The translations under genes were made by a program, and so were the position numbers. A stretch of DNA of 64,000 nt, from NCBI GenBank assembly GCA_028768525.1, contig CP054837.1:1391622-1455621 (forward strand), in the 5' to 3' direction. The DNA is from Desulfobacter sp. (GTDB taxonomy: Bacteria; Desulfobacterota; Desulfobacteria; Desulfobacterales; Desulfobacteraceae). Below, one piece after another: positions 38,255 through 51,106 of this stretch. Numbering within the stretch: the stretch's first letter is position 1; each line of letters opens with the position of its first letter. The notes under the pieces were generated by a model, which saw only the letters and a list, made by a program, of their open reading frames with translations, ran no database searches and was not told where the DNA came from.

Positions 38255-39425
38255 AACGCTTCATGAGCTGGTCAATGATGTGGTCCACATTGTCCGGGGT
38301 AACGCCGAAATCCTCGCAGGCCTGGCGGACCCGCTCCAGGTTGGGGCTGTCAGCCATATCCTCCGGCCCCCTGAAAAACCCCATGCGCCGCCCCACCTGG
38401 TAGAGCACCCGGTCCTGGGCGGAGAGGTCGAAAAAACGGTCAATGATACGGATCATCTTGTCCTTGTCACCGGGAAGCTCCCCCTCCAGGGTTTCAAAGA
38501 GGTTGAGGATGTGGTCGCTTTTCACTTTGGACCGGATATGGTCCAGACTTTCCAGAAAAAGCCTCAGCTCTTTGGCCATCATGGCATCGCTGGGCTTCTC
38601 GAACCCCCCTTCGGCCTCCTGTTCGGCCAGCACGGTTCCCGGGGTAACGGCCAGTGTCCGGATGCGGATGAAATCAGGGTCAATGGCGTTGAGGGCCGAT
38701 GCGGTTTCCAGGGCATGTTCAACGGAGAGGTCGATGCCGCCCAGTCCCGGCATCACATATTCGGAGAGCTCCATTCCCGCGGCCTTTACCTTGAGACCGG
38801 CCCTGATATGCCCGGCCTTGTCGATGCCCTTTTTGATGCGCTTCAATACCAGGTCGGAGCCGGATTCCATGCCGATATGAATCCGGTTCAGGCCGGCACG
38901 CCCCATCACCGCGAGATCATTGGATTTTATCCTGAGGATGGTGTGACTCCTGGCATAGGAGGTGATTCTCTTGGTTTCAGGAAAACAGCGGCGGATATGT
39001 TCAAGGACCTGAATCAGGTCGCCGGGCTTCATGATCATGGAATTGGCATCCTGCAAAAAAATGGATGCCATGCCCGAAGCATACCAGTTCATGGCGGCAT
39101 TAAAGGCGACCCGGTCCTTGACGTCGACATTTTTGTACACCCCGTGGACGGCCTTGTGGTCGGGAATCAGCCCCGGGATAACAACCTTGCGGATCTCTGA
39201 AATATAGCCATGGATAAGATCGATATCCCGGATGATATTTTCGACGGACCGTAAAGAAAATTTCCTGTTCTTATACACCCGGCAGAAGGTGCACCGGTTC
39301 CAGGGACAGTTCCGGGTCAGCCGCAGCAACAGGCTATACGCCTCTGAAGGCGGGCGAATGGGCCCCTGCTCAAATCCCCTGTACGCATCTTTTTTTTTAT
39401 CGGGTCTGTTTTTTTTTGCCGGCAT
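38247..39425 (-). CDS. Radical SAM protein of unknown function
   Basis: GPIRPPSEAYSL...CPWNRCTFC; GMESGSD. Confidence 0.88.
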   Translation of the reverse strand: MPAKKNRPDKKKDAYRGFEQGPIRPPSEAYSLLLRLTRNCPWNRCTFCRVYKNRKFSLRSVENIIRDIDLIHGYISEIRKVVIPGLIPDHKAVHGVYKNVDVKDRVAFNAAMNWYASGMASIFLQDANSMIMKPGDLIQVLEHIRRCFPETKRITSYARSHTILRIKSNDLAVMGRAGLNRIHIGMESGSDLVLKRIKKGIDKAGHIRAGLKVKAAGMELSEYVMPGLGGIDLSVEHALETASALNAIDPDFIRIRTLAVTPGTVLAEQEAEGGFEKPSDAMMAKELRLFLESLDHIRSKVKSDHILNLFETLEGELPGDKDKMIRIIDRFFDLSAQDRVLYQVGRRMGFFRGPEDMADSPNLERVRQACEDFGVTPDNVDHIIDQLMKRFV

Positions 39426-39610
39426 GCTTGCTTCTTATTGCGTCATTGTCTAAGCGTATCCGCTGTTTATCATTACAATGTCTTATAAACATTGAAAAAC
39501 CGAAAGTCAATTTATTTGGATCCGGCTTGAAAACAGCGCCTGGAGTGTGATATTTATTCATACTTTTATAGTAAGTACCAAACATAAGTATAAATAATAA
39601 GGAGGCGGCC

Positions 39611-41879
<2,269 letters not shown>

Positions 41880-41884
41880 ACGCC

Positions 41885-42613
41885 ATGCCCGTAGCCGTCA
41901 TACCCGCACGATTCGGGTCCAGCAGACTCGAAGGAAAACCCCTGGTAAAAATCGCCGGCAAACCCATGATCCAGCGGGTTTACGAACAGGCGCAGCAGTC
42001 ATCTGTGGTCAGCCGTACCGTGGTGGCCACGGATGACCAGCGCATCGTCAAGGCCGTGGAGTCCTTCGGGGGAGAAGCCCTCATGACCTCGGACACCTGC
42101 CGGTCCGGCACGGATCGGGTGGCTGAAACAGCAGAGCTGCTGGGCCTGGGTCCCGATGAAATTCTTATCAATATCCAGGGAGACCAGCCGGTATTCGATC
42201 CCCGGTGCCTGGATTACATGATCCGCCCCTTTGAAACGGAGAAAGACCTTTCCATGTCCACCCTGGCTTATAGGATTGAAGATCCCAGGGAGATCACCGA
42301 TCCCAAGGATGTGAAAGTCGTCTTTGACAAAAATGGGTCTGCTCTTTACTTTTCCCGGGCCCAGATCCCCTTTCCCCGTGACGGCCAGACCGATGTGGAC
42401 TATTACAAGCACCTGGGGTTCTACGCCTATACCAAACGGTTTCTGGACAAGATCATCACCCTGTCCACGGGTATCTGCGAAGAGGTGGAAAAACTGGAGC
42501 AGTTGAGAATCCTGGAACACGGGTATGCCATCAAGGTGGTGGTTTCCCCCTATGACTCCCCGGAAATCGATCTGCCCGAAGATATCAAACGCATCGAAGC
42601 GAGGCTTTCCTGA
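41885..42613 (+). CDS. kdsB: CMP-Kdo synthetase
   Basis: IPARFGSSRLEGKPL, SGTDR, NIQGDQP, LYFSR, EKLEQLRILE. Confidence 0.95.
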   Translation: MPVAVIPARFGSSRLEGKPLVKIAGKPMIQRVYEQAQQSSVVSRTVVATDDQRIVKAVESFGGEALMTSDTCRSGTDRVAETAELLGLGPDEILINIQGDQPVFDPRCLDYMIRPFETEKDLSMSTLAYRIEDPREITDPKDVKVVFDKNGSALYFSRAQIPFPRDGQTDVDYYKHLGFYAYTKRFLDKIITLSTGICEEVEKLEQLRILEHGYAIKVVVSPYDSPEIDLPEDIKRIEARLS

Positions 42614-43771
42614 TTGTCCCGGAGATCATTTTATAAAATCATCCACACCTCCGCCCGGACCCAGTGGGGGGATACGGAAAAAAGAATCCTCAGCGAATCC
42701 GTCTGGATGGAGGAACAGGGGCACCTGGTCATCATTATTGCGCCGTTAAACAGCCCCCTCTACCTTAAGGCCAGGGAAAAGGGAATCACCGTGCATCCCC
42801 TCTCCTTTCAGACCCTGGCCCAGGTAGGCGAATACGGCAGGATACGGCAGATCTTTGCCAATGAAAAACCCTTTGTGGTCAACTGCCACGGCCGGGCCGA
42901 TGCCAGGATCGCCCTGAAAGCCGCCCAGAAAACAGGGGTTCCCTGCAGGATCATCACCCGCCACACCGGCGGGGCCCTGAAAAACACCTGGGCCAACAGG
43001 AAAATCTACAAGACGCTCAGCCATTACGTCTTTACCACGGCCAATGATACCACCCGGCACCTCCGGGATCTCTTCAACCTCTCTGAGATGGAAATTTTTT
43101 CCATCCCCGACGGGATTTCTGAACCCGACGGCCTGCCAGAAAACGATGATGCAAGAAAAAATCTGGCCCACGATTTCGGGCTCCCCGTGGACACCCGGTT
43201 CATTGGGATTCTTGGAAAGGTTCCTGAGCCAAAGGCCCTGGCTGCTCTGTTTAAAGCGGTTAAACTAAGCCCCCGGGCGGCATCCCGCCACCTGGTTTTC
43301 TTTGAAAAGGCAGAAAACAAAAACAAGGAGCGGATGGCCCAACTGGCCAGCGAACTGGGGATGGCCGGAAAGATTCACCACGCCCCCGGTACAGAAGAAG
43401 ACTGCTGGGCCCTATACCGTGCCCTGGACTGTTTACTCTTTCCGGAGCCTCCGGCCGTTTACCCGGGTGTCCCCCTGGGAATGCTGGAAGCCCTGTATGC
43501 CGGCTGTCCGGTCATCGGCGCCGATTGCGGAGGCATCAGGGATATTATTGCCCATGAGAAAACCGGACTTTTGTTCACTCCGGGCCATGATTCTGAATTG
43601 GCAAAAATGACGGAAGCGGCCCTGGCAGATGAAACGTCAGCCCAAAAAAGGGCGGCAGTGGCCAGGGAGGTGGCAAAAAACAAATACACCATGGATGCCA
43701 TGGGACGGGATCTTATCAGGATATACAGGCTTCGCCAGGTCAAGATCGAGCGGAGACTTCATTACAATTAA
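42614..43771 (+). CDS. GT4-fold glycosyltransferase, divergent
   Basis: IIHT...WGDTEKRIL..S, LEALYAGCPVIG..CGGIRDII.HEKTGLLF; TTG start abuts the kdsB stop. Confidence 0.7.
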   Translation: MSRRSFYKIIHTSARTQWGDTEKRILSESVWMEEQGHLVIIIAPLNSPLYLKAREKGITVHPLSFQTLAQVGEYGRIRQIFANEKPFVVNCHGRADARIALKAAQKTGVPCRIITRHTGGALKNTWANRKIYKTLSHYVFTTANDTTRHLRDLFNLSEMEIFSIPDGISEPDGLPENDDARKNLAHDFGLPVDTRFIGILGKVPEPKALAALFKAVKLSPRAASRHLVFFEKAENKNKERMAQLASELGMAGKIHHAPGTEEDCWALYRALDCLLFPEPPAVYPGVPLGMLEALYAGCPVIGADCGGIRDIIAHEKTGLLFTPGHDSELAKMTEAALADETSAQKRAAVAREVAKNKYTMDAMGRDLIRIYRLRQVKIERRLHYN

Positions 43772-44894
43772 GCCTGGCGCTCTTTTTTTCTTCTGCAATT
43801 TCGTAATACAGGCGCTCATACCGGGCCGCAGTCTCATCCCAGGTATGGGCGCTTGCTGTTTCCCTGCCCTGCCGGCCGATCTCATCCCTAACCGTCTTGT
43901 TTTTAAGGTCTTTCAATATCCCCGGAAGCTGGTCCGGTGAATCAAACACAATGCCGTTCCGCCCCGAATCAATCAGGCATGAACACCCGGCAGCCCGGGA
44001 GGTAACCACCGGGATTCCGCACGCCATCGCCTCAAGCACGGTCATACCGAAGGCCTCTGCAAGGGAGGGTAGCACCAGCACATCTGCGAGGGCGTAATAC
44101 CGGAGTACATTATCCGTCAGACCGGTAAACACCACCCGATCGCCCAGCCCGTATTCCGCCACAAGACGGGTGTAATGCTCCATTTTTTCCTGCCGTCCCA
44201 CCACAAAAAGTTTCATTCCACGGTCAATGGCAGGGATAAGGTTGTCCAGCCCCTTGCGCCGGAATTCGGAACCCACAAAAAGCACGGCGGTCTCATCGGG
44301 TGCCAGTCCCTGTTCCCGCCTGGCCGACGCCCGCATGGCAGCAATTTTCAAAGGAGAGAACACATCAATATCCACCCCAGGAGGGATGACGCTAATGCCG
44401 CCAAAACGCCGGTGGCAATCCTGAAGATCCTCACGGATCACATCTGAAACGGCTACCAGGCGGCTGGATGACGCCTGCTGCCGTTCCATGTGAATATAGA
44501 GCCAGGCCCTGGGCGAAATAAAAAACTCATTAATTTTTTTCAACAGGGACATGGTTCCCATGCCCCGCATGAATGAAAAGGTATGAATCGTTGAGATATC
44601 ACCACGGCATCCCTTATCGTGGGAATGGACCACATCATACATTTTTCCCTCCATCCGGGCCAAGACCCCCCTGGAAAAGGAATGCAGGGCAAGGACACTG
44701 GAAAACATCATTTTTTCAGGAATCCTGAAAACGGTCATCCCCCGGGTCAGGCTCCCATCAATTTCCCTGGCATACAGATCAATCTCATGCCCGTTTTCCA
44801 CCATTCTTTGCGCGGCTTCAACGGCATACCGTTCAGCCCCGCCTGTGGCCACAAAATTTTTAATGATTAGGGCAATGCGCAGTGCTTTTTTCAT
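43740..44894 (-). CDS. GT4 glycosyltransferase (WaaG-like)
   Basis: TGGAERY, FVGSEFRRKGL, PSLAEAFGMTVLEAMACG. Confidence 0.9.
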   Translation of the reverse strand: MKKALRIALIIKNFVATGGAERYAVEAAQRMVENGHEIDLYAREIDGSLTRGMTVFRIPEKMMFSSVLALHSFSRGVLARMEGKMYDVVHSHDKGCRGDISTIHTFSFMRGMGTMSLLKKINEFFISPRAWLYIHMERQQASSSRLVAVSDVIREDLQDCHRRFGGISVIPPGVDIDVFSPLKIAAMRASARREQGLAPDETAVLFVGSEFRRKGLDNLIPAIDRGMKLFVVGRQEKMEHYTRLVAEYGLGDRVVFTGLTDNVLRYYALADVLVLPSLAEAFGMTVLEAMACGIPVVTSRAAGCSCLIDSGRNGIVFDSPDQLPGILKDLKNKTVRDEIGRQGRETASAHTWDETAARYERLYYEIAEEKKSARLNCNEVSARS

Positions 44895-44905
44895 TAAGGT
44901 CAGCC

Positions 44906-46168
44906 CTATATAGGGTACATATCGCCTTCAGGTGGGTAAATTTCAATGTTCTCATTTATTTTCCATATTATAGTTATCATTGCCAATATAGTATAAAAAA
45001 CTGTATCTAGAAAATGAACAAAAACAGGTTGCACCAAGCCATTGACGAAAAACATTAAAATAAGGGCAATACAACATACGGCATGGCTTCTTATAAATTC
45101 ATTTTTCCCGTATAAAATTAGCCTAATGCATGTGCTAATGGAAAATGCAAAAATTCCACAAAAAAATAAAATTCCAGTAACTCCGGTCCTTACACCGATA
45201 TTCAATAACATATTGTGAGGCCACAAAAAATGCTCGTTAGTTTGATACTGTTCGGGTATCCTAAATAGATATTTATCCCTGCCTATTAAATCGGGATCTC
45301 TATAGGTATCCAAAGAAAATCCGGTTCCGACAATAGGGTGATCCTCTATGATCTCAAGCGAGAAAAAAATCAATGCCATCCTGGCATGGTCCTCGAATAA
45401 TTTCGAGGGCTTAATTCTATCCTTTAAAGGGGTTTGTAAAGTGATACAGACAACGGCTACTGCGATAACAAACAATGTTTTTTTATTTTTCCAAAAAAGG
45501 ATCGGCAGTGCGACACACAATGATAAAAAAGCACCCTTTGAATGTGTTAACAATACACCTGACAATAAAACCAGAATGGCTGCCACCAGTAGAATGCGAT
45601 ACCACATTTTTCGACTAATCTGAAACAACCAACCAGCCAATATGATACCCATAATCATTCCGAATGGCACAATATCAATAGCAATAGCAGAAAACCCTTG
45701 GCACAAGCGTGTATGAATTCCATGTCCTAGCATAAGATAAAAATAGATTAAAAGCCAAAGCGTAAAAATAAACTCTGAAACAACAATACAAACAGAAAGC
45801 AGAATGAGTTTTCTCTGGCTGAGAATAAAATTTACTAAGACAAGATATAAAAGCAAATACCTTATCAGATGCGAATAAAGAGCACGGATGCTATCCGGTT
45901 TATCCAGCGCAAAAAGGACACTGACCGCAGACCACGCTGAAAAAAAGAGCAAAGGATAAAACAGAGGAGATTTAACATATAATTGAACGCCGCCTTCTTT
46001 GGCTAATACGATTGTGATGCCTACCGCTGAATAAAAGAATAACTGCACCAAAAAATTATTATGGGGGAAAGGGTTAAAAAAGAGGCCCCCCATTATCAGA
46101 AATAATACGATACGCTCTTTTTCTATTTCTAATTCAATTTTCCTAAGCCTTTTAAGCTCTGATATCAT
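44906..46168 (-). CDS. waaL: O-antigen ligase family protein
   Basis: About 12 TM helices; THSKGAFL, HPIVGTG and WPHNMLL..GVRTG. Confidence 0.8.
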   Translation of the reverse strand: MISELKRLRKIELEIEKERIVLFLIMGGLFFNPFPHNNFLVQLFFYSAVGITIVLAKEGGVQLYVKSPLFYPLLFFSAWSAVSVLFALDKPDSIRALYSHLIRYLLLYLVLVNFILSQRKLILLSVCIVVSEFIFTLWLLIYFYLMLGHGIHTRLCQGFSAIAIDIVPFGMIMGIILAGWLFQISRKMWYRILLVAAILVLLSGVLLTHSKGAFLSLCVALPILFWKNKKTLFVIAVAVVCITLQTPLKDRIKPSKLFEDHARMALIFFSLEIIEDHPIVGTGFSLDTYRDPDLIGRDKYLFRIPEQYQTNEHFLWPHNMLLNIGVRTGVTGILFFCGIFAFSISTCIRLILYGKNEFIRSHAVCCIALILMFFVNGLVQPVFVHFLDTVFYTILAMITIIWKINENIEIYPPEGDMYPI

Positions 46169-46920
46169 CCTAACTCACCATCTTTTTTAAAACTAGTTGG
46201 AAAATCTTTTAACCGGATTGTCCTAAAAAAAGCAATCCAGGTCATTATTTTCACAACTCTTGGAAAACGAGCCAACAAATCCTTATCAATCAAAACAATA
46301 TCATGCTGTTCTTTATTTCTGCCGTGGCCCAACATGACGTATCCCATCTTGTCTGCCAAGGCAATTACATCCTCTCTTGTTTTCTGGCCTTCCCAAAAGG
46401 CCTCATTTTCAACCTCAGCATGGATAAGCTTGACCTGCTCCCGGACATTTGTAATGCTTTGAAGCACTTCATAAGAGGCACCCTCAACGTCTATCCAAAG
46501 TGCAATACTGCCATTGACTTTCATTTCAGCCATTTTCGAATCAACTCGCACTCCATTTAGTTGAATCTTCGCCGGCTCTTTTTCAAGTGTCCTTGGGAAA
46601 GCAGAACTCATTCCACGGAGGTGCTCATCCTTTCCTTCTTGGTCAGACGCTTCTTGAATGAAAAATTCTTTTGGGCCATTTTCATTCCAAACAACCTCAT
46701 TGAATATGGAGATATCTTCATTGCTAAAAAATGGGTTGCCAACGATCTGCGCATAATTATCTGGATTTGCTTCAAAGATAACGATCTGAGACGTGGGAAG
46801 TATTTTTTTAAACCTCAAAGCATCGGATCCATCCATCGATCCAATATCACAAATTACAGACGGCTTTATAAACCTCAACAAAAGATTGAACAAAAATTTT
46901 GTTCCCAATTCCATTATCAT
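46165..46920 (-). CDS. FkbM family methyltransferase
   Basis: ICDIGSMDG, IFEANP, LWIDVEGASYEVL. Confidence 0.85.
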   Translation of the reverse strand: MIMELGTKFLFNLLLRFIKPSVICDIGSMDGSDALRFKKILPTSQIVIFEANPDNYAQIVGNPFFSNEDISIFNEVVWNENGPKEFFIQEASDQEGKDEHLRGMSSAFPRTLEKEPAKIQLNGVRVDSKMAEMKVNGSIALWIDVEGASYEVLQSITNVREQVKLIHAEVENEAFWEGQKTREDVIALADKMGYVMLGHGRNKEQHDIVLIDKDLLARFPRVVKIMTWIAFFRTIRLKDFPTSFKKDGELG

Positions 46921-47798
46921 ACACCCCGTTTAAAAATTTTTTTAAAAAAACTCTTAGTTCCAATTCTATTTTGCTTATCAGTACTCCAATTAGACTGTTC
47001 TACAATACCTAAATAGTTTTCTGAAAGTACGGTTTCATTTTCTCCAAGTCCTATGCTTTCATCAAATTGTTTTTTATAATGATAGACCTTAAACAATGGT
47101 TCTAAAGGTATGATGGGAATGACTCTGCTTTTTAAAAGATATTCCCCGTACCATAGTATTTCACATGGATAATTAGAGATCAATTCAATCATATTGGTTT
47201 TGTTTGGAACCACATACTCCTCATACAACGCCCGCCAGACTCTGGAAGACCAAACAACTGGTGTCGGACCAAAATCAAAACAGCACCCTGTCCGTTTAAA
47301 AATATCTTTGAAGAGTTCCCTCAATTCATAATAGTCTTTTATAATATTTTTTCGCCCCTGGCGGGCTGCAAAACTGAGCAGATCTTTAGATTGATGCAAA
47401 ATTGTATATGGCGTATAATCGTCAACCAAAAAGTCCTTTAAAAAAAATGGACGAATAAAATAAGAATCTGAATCAATAATAAGGTAGTTTGGACTTATTT
47501 CCATTCTCCAGAATTCCGCTTTGATCAACTGTTGAACTAAATGGGGCGGAAGTTTTTCAACTTTCTTTTGAAGGTGTTCTTCTCCCCCCACAGTTTTGCT
47601 TGATATCTCTTCGTCGGTTAGAAGCCTTACATTGTAGCCTTGCAGCCTATTTTGGAATAATGGCAGTTCTTTGCACGGGCATGATAGATAGAACGGGATC
47701 CTATCTACATTGTACTTTTCCAGGCTATCAGCCAATTTGACGACCCGTTCAATATCGGGCGCATATGACTTACAAAAGATCGAAAACAAACAACTCAA
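46917..47798 (-). CDS. DUF6492-like protein (GT-A-like)
   Basis: CKSYAPD, QQLIKAEFW, LIIDSDSYF, EILWYG; TTG start. Confidence 0.65.
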   Translation of the reverse strand: MSCLFSIFCKSYAPDIERVVKLADSLEKYNVDRIPFYLSCPCKELPLFQNRLQGYNVRLLTDEEISSKTVGGEEHLQKKVEKLPPHLVQQLIKAEFWRMEISPNYLIIDSDSYFIRPFFLKDFLVDDYTPYTILHQSKDLLSFAARQGRKNIIKDYYELRELFKDIFKRTGCCFDFGPTPVVWSSRVWRALYEEYVVPNKTNMIELISNYPCEILWYGEYLLKSRVIPIIPLEPLFKVYHYKKQFDESIGLGENETVLSENYLGIVEQSNWSTDKQNRIGTKSFFKKIFKRGV

Positions 47799-47866
47799 AT
47801 TTTACCTTCTATTTTTAACGAATTCGGATTGCATTGTATCTAAAAGCAACAATAACCAATAAAGGG

Positions 47867-48832
47867 TTATTGTTTGTATAAATAAAAACAAGCCTGATCT
47901 CCAAGCTTAAATTCGTTCAGGGTAATAGACCATTTTTTAAATTTATTTATCATTTTTTTTGTAAAAATACTTTTTTTACGAGAATAAGCAAATGATTCCT
48001 TGTCAAATAAAGCAATATCTTTCCTACATTGCTCGCTTCCCCAGAACTGAAACTCATTGGAATCGTACACTATACTCTTAACGCTGAACCCTGCGCTTTC
48101 CGCCAGTAATCTCATGCTATTCTCAGAATACAAAAACAAATGACGGGGCGCATCCAATTGAACCCAATCGGTTTTGTATTTCTGCCATATGAAATTCCCA
48201 AAAACAGGTATACGGATCATTACAAAACGATCATTCCTTAAGAGCTCAAACAACTTTTTCAACACACGTTCTGGCTCTGGCATATGTTCAAAGGAATGAT
48301 GGAGCATTATATAGTCATATCTTCCATCAAGTTGTTCAAGATCTGATTTCAGAATTGACACCCCATTTTCATAAACGACTGTTTTAGAGATATATTTATC
48401 CAACCCGTAAAGGTTTTTAAAACCTTCTTTCTTTAACCGAATTAAAAAATTACCGGCCCCGCACCCGACATCAAGTATATTTGAATCCAGGTCTACGTTA
48501 ACCCCTTTGAACCAATCAAAATACTCAGGGGGGCGATAAACTGCTTGCAATACAGATCGAAAAAAACCGTTACTGCCGAGACATGCCTTTGCTCTTTCTC
48601 GTTTTAAAAATGCTTTGACCCTATTATCTTTCAGTTTCGGCGGGTTCTGGAACGAATTGTAAGATTCATCATAATATCGCCCAAGGTCATCTGGGATATC
48701 CTTAATCTGCAATGTTCCGCAATGGGTGCATTCAAAGTATTCAAATGTTTCATCCATGCCGTACATGGTTTCACATAGTTTATGAATCAACAAATCTGAA
48801 GATTCGCCACAAATTCTACACGAACTCGCCAT
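47867..48832 (-). CDS. Class I SAM methyltransferase with a Zn-ribbon-like N-terminus
   Basis: CRICG...CTHCG, ILDVGCGAG, HHSFEHM, DAPRHL. Confidence 0.85.
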   Translation of the reverse strand: MASSCRICGESSDLLIHKLCETMYGMDETFEYFECTHCGTLQIKDIPDDLGRYYDESYNSFQNPPKLKDNRVKAFLKRERAKACLGSNGFFRSVLQAVYRPPEYFDWFKGVNVDLDSNILDVGCGAGNFLIRLKKEGFKNLYGLDKYISKTVVYENGVSILKSDLEQLDGRYDYIMLHHSFEHMPEPERVLKKLFELLRNDRFVMIRIPVFGNFIWQKYKTDWVQLDAPRHLFLYSENSMRLLAESAGFSVKSIVYDSNEFQFWGSEQCRKDIALFDKESFAYSRKKSIFTKKMINKFKKWSITLNEFKLGDQACFYLYKQ

Positions 48833-49796
48833 TACATTTCCTGAATTTTTTGATCACTGAGTTTAATGCCATTTTATATTTTATTTTCTTGACCGGATTT
48901 GTCGGATAGAACGATTTAGCCATCATATACCTTCTCATAAACCGGTAATAAATATTTTTACAAATATCACGATTTAGTTTGTTTTCTTCTTGAAGTTTGA
49001 CATATTCTCTTAATATACTGAAGTTGCATTCCCTTATATGATAAAGTTGGAATCCCTCTGGGTGTTTCGCCTTTAGCAATTTTCTATTTGCCTTCATCAA
49101 ATTGTGAACGCGGCGCTGAGCGTGACTCGAGAAACTTTTACCAGCCTTATGATAAATGAAAACCCCCTCTGTAATCATAATCTTATATCCCTTTTTAAGG
49201 ACCTTTAATGAAAAATCGGTATCTTCATAATATCCTAATCCAAAAGATTCGTCTAACCCACCAAGTTGAGTATAAATATTTTTCTTGATTGCAACACAGC
49301 AAAAATCCAGACGTGGTGATTCAAAGCAATCTTCATTGGAATGACGGCACCAGGAATGTCCATCTTCTATAATTTTCTTAAAATCTGAAGCTTCTGAATA
49401 TATTTTCTGTTCATTTCCGGCTTCATTGGTGACAGGCGCCAGCATCGCCCAAGTTTGATTTGAATCCAGCAAGGAAGATAGTTTTCCAATGGCATTGGGA
49501 GGAACAACTGTATCACTGTTTAATAAAACAACAATATCACCCTTTGCCCTCCTTACACCATCATTATTGCCGCCCGCAAATCCCCGGTTTTCTATATTTA
49601 AAATCAAACTAAGATTAGTATGCTTCAATGCCTTTTTTTTCAACATCTCAACGGTGTTGTCCTTGGAGTTGTTATCAACCACAATAATCTCAAATTCAGA
49701 ATTGGACTCATCATCAAAGAGACTTTCCAGGCAGGGGCCCGTTGTTTCATCGTAATTATTATAACTGACAATTATTATGCTGGTTTTGGGAGGCAC
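48816..49796 (-). CDS. GT2 glycosyltransferase
   Basis: IIVSYNN, VDNNSKD, NRGFAGGNN, LLNSD, YYEDTDFS. Confidence 0.9.
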   Translation of the reverse strand: MPPKTSIIIVSYNNYDETTGPCLESLFDDESNSEFEIIVVDNNSKDNTVEMLKKKALKHTNLSLILNIENRGFAGGNNDGVRRAKGDIVVLLNSDTVVPPNAIGKLSSLLDSNQTWAMLAPVTNEAGNEQKIYSEASDFKKIIEDGHSWCRHSNEDCFESPRLDFCCVAIKKNIYTQLGGLDESFGLGYYEDTDFSLKVLKKGYKIMITEGVFIYHKAGKSFSSHAQRRVHNLMKANRKLLKAKHPEGFQLYHIRECNFSILREYVKLQEENKLNRDICKNIYYRFMRRYMMAKSFYPTNPVKKIKYKMALNSVIKKFRKCNGEFV

Positions 49797-51106
49797 GTTT
49801 CAACAACTCCTATTATATTTTCAACTGCTCTTTCGACGGTAAAGAGTGAGGCAGAGGGCCTCGCTCTATTCAATTCATTTTTACGCCAAGCATTAATCAA
49901 CATTTTAATCCCGGATTTAATTCCTTCAAAATCATCCGAATCTAACACAGGATTGTCGATAGAGCACATCAAAGAGGCTAATTCCGAGCGCTTGGATGCA
50001 ATGCAGGCAATAGGTCTTCGGACCAATAAATACTCATAGAGTTTTGAAGGGATATACTCTTCACCTATTTTCGACTCTCCATGAACCAAAACGAGAACAT
50101 CGCAAAGGTGCATTTTCTCAAACACCCGCTGTCGACCAGTTTTACCGGTGAAGTGGTCAAACTCAAGCCGACCATGTTCGCAAACAACTTTTTCTAATGA
50201 AAATCTATCTACCGCGGCTCTAGAAATACCGTCAAGGGCTGTCCCATAAACATCTAAAACTACCTTCTCTCTCAAGGCCGGATCTTCATCAAAAAGAGCG
50301 CCGAGAACCGCCATCAAAATATACAAATTCCGATCCTCCGCCAGAGATCCAAAGTGACCGAAGTGAATTTGATTGCGCTTCTCATACCTCACCTTCTTGA
50401 TACTCGGAGGAGAGGCGCCAGGGCGTAAGACATGACCTTTCCCGTATATACCGGTACGCGCTTCAGCCCGTTCACATGCACTGTGTGTAAAATAAAAAAC
50501 GGCACACGCATTTTCAAACACTGTCTTCTCAAGCCACTTGTGAAAAGCATATCGTTGATATTTTTTCTCCCCATGATCAGAAATCAACGGATCATGGATT
50601 TCCGCAAGCCAAGGAATTGCAAACAGTTTGTTTAGGATAAACCCTGCTAAATGGGTACTACTAGGCCCTGCTGTTGTATAGATTAATTCGGGCTTGTTTC
50701 TTTTTATTAGGCCAAATCCTTTAATGCTTGCGCTAAGAAACCACGACCAGTGGCTATCCAAATTTATAAAAATTTTTTCAAGCAGTAGGAAAGGTAAACA
50801 TATAATAGTGACTAATGCTTTCAAAAGCCGGGCTCTTGAACTATTAAAATATTTTTTTTCTATTATTTTCCTAGTTTCAAAATTGAAGCCGGATGGAGCC
50901 ATAGAAATGACTTGGTAGTGAGGAAAAGCTTTATCTTTTGTCCCTGTAGGGGCACTAATGACTAACGGCTGGATCCCATCTCGCATAAGATACGGAATTT
51001 TATCGGTTATGGTCTGACTCGCTGCCCTTCCATCCATATTAAAACAATGCGATAGAATCAACCATTTTCTATGGTATAATTCCTCATTTTTTTTATTACG
51101 CCCCAA
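49775..51106 (-). CDS. GT-B glycosyltransferase (GT4-like)
   Basis: PELIYTTAGPSSTHL, AEIHDP, GHFGSL, IPSKLYEYL; TTG start. Confidence 0.75.
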   Translation of the reverse strand: MGRNKKNEELYHRKWLILSHCFNMDGRAASQTITDKIPYLMRDGIQPLVISAPTGTKDKAFPHYQVISMAPSGFNFETRKIIEKKYFNSSRARLLKALVTIICLPFLLLEKIFINLDSHWSWFLSASIKGFGLIKRNKPELIYTTAGPSSTHLAGFILNKLFAIPWLAEIHDPLISDHGEKKYQRYAFHKWLEKTVFENACAVFYFTHSACERAEARTGIYGKGHVLRPGASPPSIKKVRYEKRNQIHFGHFGSLAEDRNLYILMAVLGALFDEDPALREKVVLDVYGTALDGISRAAVDRFSLEKVVCEHGRLEFDHFTGKTGRQRVFEKMHLCDVLVLVHGESKIGEEYIPSKLYEYLLVRRPIACIASKRSELASLMCSIDNPVLDSDDFEGIKSGIKMLINAWRKNELNRARPSASLFTVERAVENIIGVVETCLPKPA

